Part shown: one piece after another, positions 28,238 through 36,104 of the stretch
Layout: each line of letters starts with the position of its first letter
Position numbering within the stretch: the first letter of the stretch is position 1
Assembly (NCBI GenBank): GCA_002364975.1
Contig: DEYT01000031.1
Coordinates: 1-46,592, forward strand
Source of the DNA: Opitutia bacterium UBA3151
GTDB taxonomy: Bacteria; Verrucomicrobiota; Verrucomicrobiia; Opitutales; Seribacteraceae
Direction of reading: 5' to 3'
DNA length: 46,592 nt
Translations under genes and position numbers: made by a program
The notes under the pieces: model-generated
Database searches by the model: none
What the model saw: the letters and a program-made list of their open reading frames with translations, nothing else
Told to the model about the DNA's origin: nothing

Positions 28238-28931
28238 TTTTTTTTACAAAGAAGAGTTTTCATCCTTTTTCAATGATCTGCACCGCGGAAATTTTGGTCG
28301 AGCATGCCCTGATCAATCAGACAAACCGCATGATTTCCCCGGACGAGGTGGTACAGTTTTTTGCGTCGCGACGGGTAATCAAACCGTCAGGATTACAAAT
28401 GAGGTATCCAAGTATGAAATGCAGCCTGGTATGTACGGGGCAATTCAGACGCCCGCCAAAATAGAAGGCGGAATGTTTTGGTATGTTTTTGTGGAGGGGT
28501 ATGAATGCCTAAATGGAATCGGGGGTCCCCTTGAGCATACTGGTAGGCTGCGCTATATTGACGGTTGCACGGACTCTCTGATTCTACCACCTGTAATCAA
28601 AGGAGACCCATGCCTTAATCTTCTCTACTTCCCCCCTTCCACGGATCAGACTTTTCACACGCACCCAAGTTGTCGAATTGGCCTAGTCGTTTCCGGTCAC
28701 GGTATCTGCCATGAAAAGTCTGGAGAAACTATTCTTGAAGAAGGTTTAGCCTTTTATCTTCCCAAGGATGCCATTCACCGCTTCGAGACAAAAAGTGAAT
28801 CTCTTCGGGTTGTTGCCTTCCACCCGGATAGCGACTTTGGACCCGAGCACGATTTCCACCCAATGATCAACAAGACCATGGTGGATGGAACCTCAGCACG
28901 CCATATCGAAGCCATTCGCACCAGTTTATGA
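28221..28931 (+). CDS. Cupin-domain protein (metal-binding, probable bicupin)
   Basis: QTFHTHPS.RIGLVVSGHG and LEEGLAFYLPKDAIHRF cupin motifs; overlaps the upstream gene by 17 nt. Confidence 0.82.
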   Translation: MSPKVDFFYKEEFSSFFNDLHRGNFGRACPDQSDKPHDFPGRGGTVFCVATGNQTVRITNEVSKYEMQPGMYGAIQTPAKIEGGMFWYVFVEGYECLNGIGGPLEHTGRLRYIDGCTDSLILPPVIKGDPCLNLLYFPPSTDQTFHTHPSCRIGLVVSGHGICHEKSGETILEEGLAFYLPKDAIHRFETKSESLRVVAFHPDSDFGPEHDFHPMINKTMVDGTSARHIEAIRTSL

Positions 28932-29986
28932 ATAAGCAATTTCTTTTTCTTAATAAGTTTGCCGCTATTAATCGGTCTGAGATTTTTGACTTAAGTTCCG
29001 ACAATTATGTCAATCTCGTGAAATTTTTCGAAACTGGAGCAATCGACAGAACGCACACTTTAGTTTCTGGTTTCAAATACAATGTTATAGATCCTATTCC
29101 CGAGATTACATCCTCTCGCCCTCCCATTGATGAGCTTATGCTGGAAACTGCTCGGGAGATTCTGAAGCTTGCAGAGAAAAAAAAGCAAAAAATTCTTGTT
29201 CTATGGAGCGGAGGAATCGACTCGACTGCAGCATTGCTAGCACTTCTTGAAATATGTGGTAAGAATTCAACTGACATCATTAGCCTTGGTTCTTCCCATG
29301 GATCATTCGTGGAATTTCCAGAATTCGGGAAGTACCTAATGGAACAAAACATTGAAATTCTCCCGATGGTTCATCCAGTATCGAAATACCTTCCGCAGGA
29401 TTATATCGTTGTTACTGGAGAGCATGGTGACCAGTTGTTCGGCAGTGACAAGATGTTACCACTTGTCGACTCCGGTTTGGGAGACCTGCCATACAAAAAA
29501 TATTTGCCGTTCTTCATTGCCGAAAAGCTCGGCAATATTAAACAAGTATCGCACTTGGTGGAATACCTTGAGGCAATCATTGAAAAATGCCCATTTACCA
29601 TCACAGATATCTGTCAATGTCTCTGGTGGTTTAACTTCGTATTAAAATGGCAGCAAGTTTCATTGCGCATTCCGGTATGGTCGGGAAAAAATGTGAAACA
29701 GGTTTTTGATCAATGCGAACATTTTTACAGAAACGAAAAATTCCAGCTTTGGTCTCTTGCACGGGAGCGTAAGAATCCCCACACAGTGGATAGATATAAA
29801 GCAGAACTGAAAGAATTTATTAATCAAAGATTTGTATGCGAAAAATATTTTCTTCGTAAAAGAAAAGAAATAAGCCTGCGTCCAAGAGCCGAGAAAAAAT
29901 GGTGGGAATTAGCAAGACATCGGTGGAGCTTTGTTATGGATGAGACATGGAATCTCGAGAAACAGATAATCCCTCACTACCTGTAA
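28928..29986 (+). CDS. Stand-alone AsnB synthetase-like N-type ATP pyrophosphatase (PP-loop)
   Basis: VLWSGGIDST and VVTGEHGDQLFGS; no Ntn domain; ATGA overlap with the cupin gene. Confidence 0.8.
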   Translation: MNKQFLFLNKFAAINRSEIFDLSSDNYVNLVKFFETGAIDRTHTLVSGFKYNVIDPIPEITSSRPPIDELMLETAREILKLAEKKKQKILVLWSGGIDSTAALLALLEICGKNSTDIISLGSSHGSFVEFPEFGKYLMEQNIEILPMVHPVSKYLPQDYIVVTGEHGDQLFGSDKMLPLVDSGLGDLPYKKYLPFFIAEKLGNIKQVSHLVEYLEAIIEKCPFTITDICQCLWWFNFVLKWQQVSLRIPVWSGKNVKQVFDQCEHFYRNEKFQLWSLARERKNPHTVDRYKAELKEFINQRFVCEKYFLRKRKEISLRPRAEKKWWELARHRWSFVMDETWNLEKQIIPHYL

Positions 29987-29988
29987 AA

Positions 29989-30704
29989 ATGAATGCATTG
30001 AAAGAGCCTGACCTATTTTCACCAGTTATCGAAAGACTTTTAGCCACTGTGGTAATATTGAGCGTCATCTTTTATGTTCTGGAGGTAGAATATGGGGGCT
30101 CTGCCCATAGTCTAGAAGGGCACACCTTTTGGTTGTGGATGGAATGTGTGGTTGCAGGCATCCTAACAATAGAAATATCTCGCCCGGTGGAAAAAAGGAG
30201 GAAAAGAGTATCCCTACAGTCGGTTAGGAGTGATAGATCTAGCATCCGTAATCCCCTTTTGGCTGGGTTTCATTGTTCCCCCTGCATGCTTGGGATTGAT
30301 TCGATCCATGCGTGTCCTGCGTTTACTAAAACTCTACCGGCATAGCGGGGTAATGCGAGTATTTGTTCATGCATTTCTCCTATCTAGAAAGCACTTAATG
30401 GGGATGTTTCTGATCGTTTTTATTTTGGTTTATTTTGGTGCAGTGGGAATTCGTGAAATCGAAAGGGATGATCAACCGGATGTTTTTGGCAGTTTATTCA
30501 ATTCTATCTGGTGGACCATTGTCACACTGATGTCGGTGGGTTATGGACACAGTTCCAGTAACTCCGATTGGAAAAGGATTTGCCCAGGTGGATATGGTAT
30601 TTTGCTTGGGATTGACTGCAGCATTTATTGGGATTGTGGGGAGCAATGTGTATACACAGGTACAGGAAATCAAAGACGAGAAAGATGATAACAACCAAGA
30701 GTAA
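29989..30704 (+). pseudogene. 6-TM voltage-gated K+ channel, two frameshifts
   Basis: S4 LIRSMRVLRLLKLYRH; pore WWTIVTLMSVGYG; removing one A at 30173-30175 restores TIEYLARW; adding 2 nt near 30547 restores GYGDTVPVTPIGK through to TAA at 30702-30704. Confidence 0.88.
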
Positions 30705-30803
30705 GTTTGTCACTGCAACCCCAGGATTCATTTGCAGAAAAATAATCTTTGCGAAAACTCAGCAGCCTGAACAACCAGAGATTTTTTCCTCCCATAGGTT
30801 ATC

Positions 30804-32102
30804 ATGACAAATTTTCGCATTTATGCCCTGTCCACCTTATTTGGCATCCTGTTCGTCATCTCGTCATACTTTTTATTTTTTAACGAAGAGAAAAAAAGCT
30901 GGATCATAGGTGGTGGTGAAGAAGGTGGATTGTATGATGCCAGCGTATCTGCCATTTCAAAAGTGCTTAAAAATAAAAATGGCTGGAATGTGGAGGTTCG
31001 CAGAACCTCAGGTAGCGTTGAAAACATGAAAGGCCTGAATGAAGGGAGTCTCGATCTCTGCTTGCTTCAGAATGATTTACCTGGCAGCGAAAAAATCAGG
31101 TCAATTGCGACAATATATGAGGAAGTCCTGCACATCATCGTAAAAGATAAAAACGCTTCTCTTGCCAGCCTGGTTGGTAAAAACATTTCAACCGGGAAAA
31201 GTGGAGGTGGCACCTACTCTCTTGTTTCAGCAATCTTTCCGAGCTTAGGTATAAAAGAAGGCTCAGTGACCTGGAAAAAAGAAAGTCTCAAGGAGGGCAT
31301 TAGTAACCTTCGCCAAGGAAAGCGTAAAGCTGTTTGTATTGTCACCAGTATTGGTAATCAAATGGTGGCATCTGCTTTGGCTGGGGGCGACCTCCATTTG
31401 CTAGAAATTGGAGAAGGCATGTCAAGTGCGGCAACCCGCTCTTATCCATTTACTCAATCCTCATTTATTCCACAGAATTCTTACCCGGTGAGCCCGGGAA
31501 TTGCTATCCCCAAAGCCAAAATTACCACCGTTGGTACATGTGTTGTACTCGCCTGCCACGATGAGTTGGATGAAAGCGACACCTACAAGCTTGCCAGTGC
31601 GATTCATGAAGGAAGAGTTTCCTTAACCAGACAAATTCCTGTTCTTTCAACTATTTCGCACATTGGTGATAATCAAAAAATACAATTTCCCGTGCATGAG
31701 GGAGCTAGAAAATATCTCCTGAGGGATGAACCAAATTTTCTTCAGAATTGGGCGGAACCGCTTGCTCTTATTCTTTCTGCTATTGTCATTGCATGGGCAG
31801 TCGGAGTGGCATTACGCGAATTCCTAGTCCAGCGAAGAAAAGATAGTCTTGATGTTTATTTTGAGCAACTCGGACTCCTCATTACAGAACTCGTTGATCT
31901 CAAGGACAGTAACCGATTACAGGCTATCAAAATCGAAATTCATAAAATCAGGCAGGAAACCACCCAAAAATTAGTTGCCGAACAACTCCTTGCCAACGAA
32001 TCCTTCATTATTTTCCAGAATCAGCTATTGACTGCTCAACGAATGGCCAATGATTGTACTTCTTTTGCTGAAAAGAAAGATTCCCAGTCTCTTGAATCCT
32101 GA
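30804..32102 (+). CDS. TAXI-family TRAP solute-binding protein with C-terminal TM and helical domain
   Basis: GGEEGGLY, TSGSVENM, DLCLLQND, IYEEVLHIIV, STGKSGGGT, FPVHEGARKY; then a TM helix and a helical tail. Confidence 0.85.
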   Translation: MTNFRIYALSTLFGILFVISSYFLFFNEEKKSWIIGGGEEGGLYDASVSAISKVLKNKNGWNVEVRRTSGSVENMKGLNEGSLDLCLLQNDLPGSEKIRSIATIYEEVLHIIVKDKNASLASLVGKNISTGKSGGGTYSLVSAIFPSLGIKEGSVTWKKESLKEGISNLRQGKRKAVCIVTSIGNQMVASALAGGDLHLLEIGEGMSSAATRSYPFTQSSFIPQNSYPVSPGIAIPKAKITTVGTCVVLACHDELDESDTYKLASAIHEGRVSLTRQIPVLSTISHIGDNQKIQFPVHEGARKYLLRDEPNFLQNWAEPLALILSAIVIAWAVGVALREFLVQRRKDSLDVYFEQLGLLITELVDLKDSNRLQAIKIEIHKIRQETTQKLVAEQLLANESFIIFQNQLLTAQRMANDCTSFAEKKDSQSLES

Positions 32103-32104
32103 TT

Positions 32105-32710
32105 GTGAATTTCATACCTACATCCAGAAATCAATCATGGAGCATATTGCCGTTAGTCCTATGCTTTCTTGCATTGAGTTGTAGTACCGATCAAATACCT
32201 GAGACTCTTTCCGCAAACCGGGAAGTATCAAAAAACGAACGCGAGTATCAGGCAGTATGGGGAATTGATGGAATTGATTTCCTGGAAGCCACTCTGGTAT
32301 ACCACGGGAAAACGCCAGATTCGCCTTCTGAAAACTTGGATTCTTTCGATCAACAAAAGCACAACGCTGACTTTTACAGTTACACGCTGCGCAACCTCAC
32401 TGATCTTCCCATCGAGATTTCATCTGCCCATTTTTTTTCCGAAAAAGGAAAGCGTGAAATCAACAAAAAGAGCTCATACATTACGAAAAAATGGGGAACG
32501 AACCTGCTTAAACCTGGACAAACAATAACCAGGCGAAATTTATGGGTTTGGGCAAATACCAGTCATAACCGTTTAATCATCACCTATCAGGCAGAGTTTC
32601 TTAATTCTCCAAATAAATCATCCATTGAAAGACTAGCTGAAAAAGTGGAGGAAAGCAGTGGAGCAAGTCTTATGTTTCCGTTTCAGGTGATACTTAAATT
32701 TTTAAGATAA
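32105..32710 (+). CDS. Hypothetical lipoprotein
   Basis: Lipobox LALSC; Ig-like beta pattern YSYTLRNLTDLPIEI...LKPGQT; starts 2 nt after the TAXI stop. Confidence 0.65.
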   Translation: MNFIPTSRNQSWSILPLVLCFLALSCSTDQIPETLSANREVSKNEREYQAVWGIDGIDFLEATLVYHGKTPDSPSENLDSFDQQKHNADFYSYTLRNLTDLPIEISSAHFFSEKGKREINKKSSYITKKWGTNLLKPGQTITRRNLWVWANTSHNRLIITYQAEFLNSPNKSSIERLAEKVEESSGASLMFPFQVILKFLR

Positions 32711-32835
32711 ATGAGAGGGGACTCTTAACCAATCTAAATACTCATCCTGCCTGAAACTAATGACAATAGTTTCACCATTCCCATCACATAGAGACCCTAG
32801 GAGGTACTAATAATTCTGTAAGGTACTATTTCACC

Positions 32836-32855
32836 CCCCTCTTTCTCCCCACTTT
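32836..32855 (+). repeat. Degenerate copy of the tRNA-His 3' end (att-like direct repeat)
   Basis: CCCCTCTTTCTCCCCACTTT (32836-32855) vs CCCGTCTTTCGCCCCACTTT (24251-24270): 18 of 20 identical, intergenic. Confidence 0.65.
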
Positions 32856-33067
32856 TTTTATCAAGTTGGTAATTGATTCTTCGTAAATGAATCTTAATTT
32901 TCGCACCCAAGGTAAAAAACTAAAAAATAGGGAACTTGCAAGCAACCGCAAATTTAGCAACTTACACACTGAAAACCTTCTCAAGATGAGAAATTTTAAA
33001 ATCCCCATCAAAGATAGGGGAACACCCATTTATTAGTGTAATTAATTTTTATCAAGAATCTGCTTCA

Positions 33068-33101
33068 TTGACTACTTTGTACTTGATCTTCTAGGATCAA
33101 G
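33068..33101 (+). promoter_or_regulatory. Sigma70-like promoter with overlapping inverted repeat, probably leaderless
   Basis: TTGACT (33068-33073), 18-nt spacer, TAGGAT (33092-33097), ATG 6 nt later; CTTGATC/GATCAAG inverted repeat at 33082-33101. Confidence 0.5.
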
Positions 33102-33103
33102 AG

Positions 33104-33823
33104 ATGCAGGTCTTCGTTCATATCGGCGGGAAGAACTACGGCCCTTATTCCGTCGAGCAACTACGCTCCTTTGTCAAAGCAGGCAATTGTAAGGAAGATC
33201 AACTAGCCTGCTACGACGGTAAGAATTGGGTTTGTATTCGTGAGGTTCCTGGTTTTGCAGTTAAGCTAAACAAGCAAGAGGTAAAACCGCGAACCGCTTC
33301 CAAAGCGGTACCCAAAAAAACTAAGAAGCAACGATTCAAGAAGTTGGTATTTGTTTGCCTGTCAGTAACAGTTGCTCTGTCGGTGGTGATTCTATCTGTT
33401 GCTTGGGCAACGGGTTATCTACTTGAGGAGAAAATGGAAGAAGGGATGCTCTCCAAAGAGAACCTCTTCATCCTTACCCCCGATCAGATCGCAGAGGTGT
33501 ATGACGGGGACACCTTCAAAATCAACTTACCCAAGCAAGTTCCGATATTTGGAGATAAACTTTCTATTCGTCTTGCGGGTGTCGATACCCCGGAAATGAA
33601 GGGTACGAGCGACGAGGTGAGGGCATTGGCGAAACAGGCCCGGGAACTGACTGAAAAGGCACTTCAGGGTGCGGATCAGATTGAACTCCGGAATCCTCAG
33701 CGAGGGAAATATTTCCGCATTGTAAGCGAGGTATGGATCGATGGAGAATCCCTTGCCGATATGCTAAAGGAAAAGGACTTGGCCAAGGATTATGATGGGG
33801 ACGGTCCTAGACCCGAGTGGTGA
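33104..33823 (+). CDS. GYF_2 (DUF4339)-TM-thermonuclease (SNase) fusion
   Basis: GGKNYGPYSVEQLR..V..G....W (GYF_2); TM helix; VYDGDT, IRLAGVDTPE and GKYFRI (SNase). Confidence 0.85.
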   Translation: MQVFVHIGGKNYGPYSVEQLRSFVKAGNCKEDQLACYDGKNWVCIREVPGFAVKLNKQEVKPRTASKAVPKKTKKQRFKKLVFVCLSVTVALSVVILSVAWATGYLLEEKMEEGMLSKENLFILTPDQIAEVYDGDTFKINLPKQVPIFGDKLSIRLAGVDTPEMKGTSDEVRALAKQARELTEKALQGADQIELRNPQRGKYFRIVSEVWIDGESLADMLKEKDLAKDYDGDGPRPEW

Positions 33824-33909
33824 AGGAATAAAATTTTTCAATCTTCATATCCCGAAAAACTAATTTGCGAATTTAAGATTCAATTCGCCTAAGGAAAACC
33901 CAAACTAAT

Positions 33910-33938
33910 TTGACCTTGGGAAAAACCTTGTTTAAAGT
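33910..33938 (+). promoter_or_regulatory. Sigma70-like promoter, probably leaderless
   Basis: TTGACC (33910-33915), 17-nt spacer, TAAAGT (33933-33938), ATG at 33944. Confidence 0.5.
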
Positions 33939-33943
33939 AAAAT

Positions 33944-34459
33944 ATGGTTTTAAGAGTCACCCTTTACCTGATTACTTCATTTATTTTGGGATGTGCAGGA
34001 GATTTAGACGATCAAACCAAAAAGCAGGATTTAAATGAAGATGAGACCGTTGATTCCAATGATTCGCTTCGGGTCACTCCGCAAGTGAAAGTTGAAGTGG
34101 ACAAACTAATTCCTACAAAAGCTCCCGGGATACCAAAAGAAGAGTTGGAATCTCTTCAAGCAGCCAACCCAAAGCTACTGCCCAAATCGGAGGCTGTGAT
34201 ATCACCCGAGGTTCAGCCTAATTCCAATGAGCCGAAGAATACCCTGGAAGAAGATGATGAGCTTGTGGCCGAGCCAGCTCCAGTGGTTGAGAAATTAGTT
34301 GAATTTGAAGTGTCGCCCACTGCTAATCCAACGCCGGCTAAAAATACGAACGAATTATTTTATCCAAGTGCCTCTTCCGAGTCCCCTTCACGAGTGTCTG
34401 GCAATAGAGCCCGTCTCCATCGGGGAATGCCTGCTCTGAACCTTAGTTATTTGAAGTGA
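33944..34459 (+). CDS. Hypothetical Pro/Glu-rich lipoprotein
   Basis: Lipobox FILGC, then low-complexity, probably disordered sequence. Confidence 0.6.
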   Translation: MVLRVTLYLITSFILGCAGDLDDQTKKQDLNEDETVDSNDSLRVTPQVKVEVDKLIPTKAPGIPKEELESLQAANPKLLPKSEAVISPEVQPNSNEPKNTLEEDDELVAEPAPVVEKLVEFEVSPTANPTPAKNTNELFYPSASSESPSRVSGNRARLHRGMPALNLSYLK

Positions 34460-34591
34460 AATTGATCTGATCGTTTGACCTTTTGATAATATTAAAATGG
34501 TTATGGGTTTAAATTTTTTTACCGGATCTGTATCAAAGGAGTCTGCTAGAACAGGGTAAAACCAAAATACTTATGATCAAAATCAGGAGGT

Positions 34592-35404
34592 CTAAACTTC
34601 TTTGTTTCCTGCTAATTTTGCTCGAATGGACTTTCTAACCTTTTCTCCGGTCAGGTCGAGAAGGGTGACGATGAGAAGCATACAAATCAAGACGAGGGAA
34701 AATTTATTCCAACTATCCGCGGATTCCGCATAAAGTTTAAGATGGAGGCCAATACCACCAGCCCCAACATAGCCAATGATACTGGCAGAGCGAACATTAT
34801 ATTCGAGCATCCAAAGGCAATGACTCCAAATTACCGGTTTTAAGTTGGGCCAAAGACCATATTGAAATGCCTGCCATCGATTGGCTCCCAGAGATTGCAA
34901 CGCTTTCTGAGCCTTAAGATCGGCGGATTCAAAGGCTTCGCTGAAGAATTTGGCAAGGTATCCGACGCTGTAAAAACTTAGGGCAATTACACCAGCCAGT
35001 GAGTTTGATCCAACTAGGACAACCGCAAGTATTGCCCAAAGTAGGCTGGGGATGGTACGAATCATATTTAACACCATTCGGGTGATCATTACCAGCCATG
35101 CGGGGCTGATGGTTCGGGCGGCAGCAAGGGATAGGAAGAGAGAAATGAAGGATGCTAGCAAGGTGGAGATTGCAGCAATCTGGATGGTCTCCCAAAGCCC
35201 TTCCATGGTTTGTCCAAGGATCGACCAATCGGGTGGGAAGAATTGATCCAGGAAGCGGAGAAAGTTTCCAAGGTAGTCAAGATCTCGACCCGAGCCTTCC
35301 AATGCAGGAATGGAACCCAAGGCAAGGAGTAAAAAGAGTACGAATGTTATACCGGGAAGATCAAACCGACTATGCCACGGAATATTTTTGATATCGTTCT
35401 TCAT
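34592..35404 (-). CDS. phnE: Phosphonate/phosphite-type ABC transporter permease
   Basis: FFPPDW, ETIQIA, RTIPSLLWA, AKFFSEAFE, EYNVRSASIIGYVGAGGIG. Confidence 0.92.
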   Translation of the reverse strand: MKNDIKNIPWHSRFDLPGITFVLFLLLALGSIPALEGSGRDLDYLGNFLRFLDQFFPPDWSILGQTMEGLWETIQIAAISTLLASFISLFLSLAAARTISPAWLVMITRMVLNMIRTIPSLLWAILAVVLVGSNSLAGVIALSFYSVGYLAKFFSEAFESADLKAQKALQSLGANRWQAFQYGLWPNLKPVIWSHCLWMLEYNVRSASIIGYVGAGGIGLHLKLYAESADSWNKFSLVLICMLLIVTLLDLTGEKVRKSIRAKLAGNKEV

Positions 35405-35413
35405 GGGACGAGG

Positions 35414-36094
35414 TTACGAGAGCTCTTCCACTTTCCAATGTTCGGGCCTAGTGGAATCAATTCGGATGACCTTATCCGCAAATTCTTCAACTTGTTTGGG
35501 ATCATGTAAGGAACAAATGACTCCAGCCTGTTTTTGCTTTGCGAAATCCTTTAGCAAATTAAGGGTTTTTATGGCCCGATCGGAATCGAGACTGGCTACG
35601 GGTTCATCAGCCAGAAGAATTAAAGGCTCTGCCAGAAGAGTACGAACAATCGCCAACCTTTGTCGTTCTCCTCTGGATAGAGTCGAGGTCCACTGGTTGA
35701 CTTTTCTGGAAAGATCAAAGGTATCTAGAAGTTTTTGGGCTTTTTCTTTTTCTTCTTTTGGAAAGCCAAAAAGAGTATCCGTCCATGAATGACGGAGCAG
35801 AGAACCACTTAGGGCGTTATTCAAAGCCGTCGAACCCTCGGCTAATTCTAGGTCTTGGGGAATCATACCTACTGGGAGTTGCGATTCGGCCCATATTTCA
35901 ATACTCCCGGATTCGGCCTTGGCCTCTCCATTGATCGCTCGAAGCAAAGTGGTTTTACCGGCACCTGAGCTTCCGATGATGCCAATGAATTCTCCTTTTG
36001 AAAGAGAGAAGGAAAGGTCTCGTGCAAGCCAGCGATCTTCGATACGAAGATGAAGTTTTCTTACTTCGAGTAAACAGCTTTCTTGGGGCTTCAA
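35414..36094 (-). CDS. phnC: Phosphonate/phosphite-type ABC transporter ATPase
   Basis: Walker A GSSGAGKTT, LSRGERQR, LILLADEPVASLD, SLH. Confidence 0.88.
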   Translation of the reverse strand: MKPQESCLLEVRKLHLRIEDRWLARDLSFSLSKGEFIGIIGSSGAGKTTLLRAINGEAKAESGSIEIWAESQLPVGMIPQDLELAEGSTALNNALSGSLLRHSWTDTLFGFPKEEKEKAQKLLDTFDLSRKVNQWTSTLSRGERQRLAIVRTLLAEPLILLADEPVASLDSDRAIKTLNLLKDFAKQKQAGVICSLHDPKQVEEFADKVIRIDSTRPEHWKVEELS

Positions 36095-36104
36095 GTTTGA
36101 AGAT

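Larger units (their letters stand above)
24251..32855. mobile_element. Putative tRNA-His-anchored genomic island, no integrase visible
   Basis: Bounded by an 18/20-nt direct repeat of the tRNA 3' end; accessory genes all on the + strand; visibly AT-richer segments; contains a pseudogene. Confidence 0.65.

Noticed and set aside
25392-29986. Canonical lasso peptide cluster (Cys-less AsnB plus a tail with T-A-G-G resembling a leader/core junction)
   Set aside because: The putative core GGDGSYYGN has no Asp/Glu at positions 7-9, and no transglutaminase-like leader peptidase or PqqD/RRE gene is present
29947-30688. Two separate ORFs (29947-30345 and 30230-30688), or a programmed frameshift
   Set aside because: They are fragments of one channel gene; two independent indels with no evident slippery-site design favour a pseudogene or sequencing error
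34311-34321. TCGCCCAC as a second att copy
   Set aside because: Too short and lies inside a coding region
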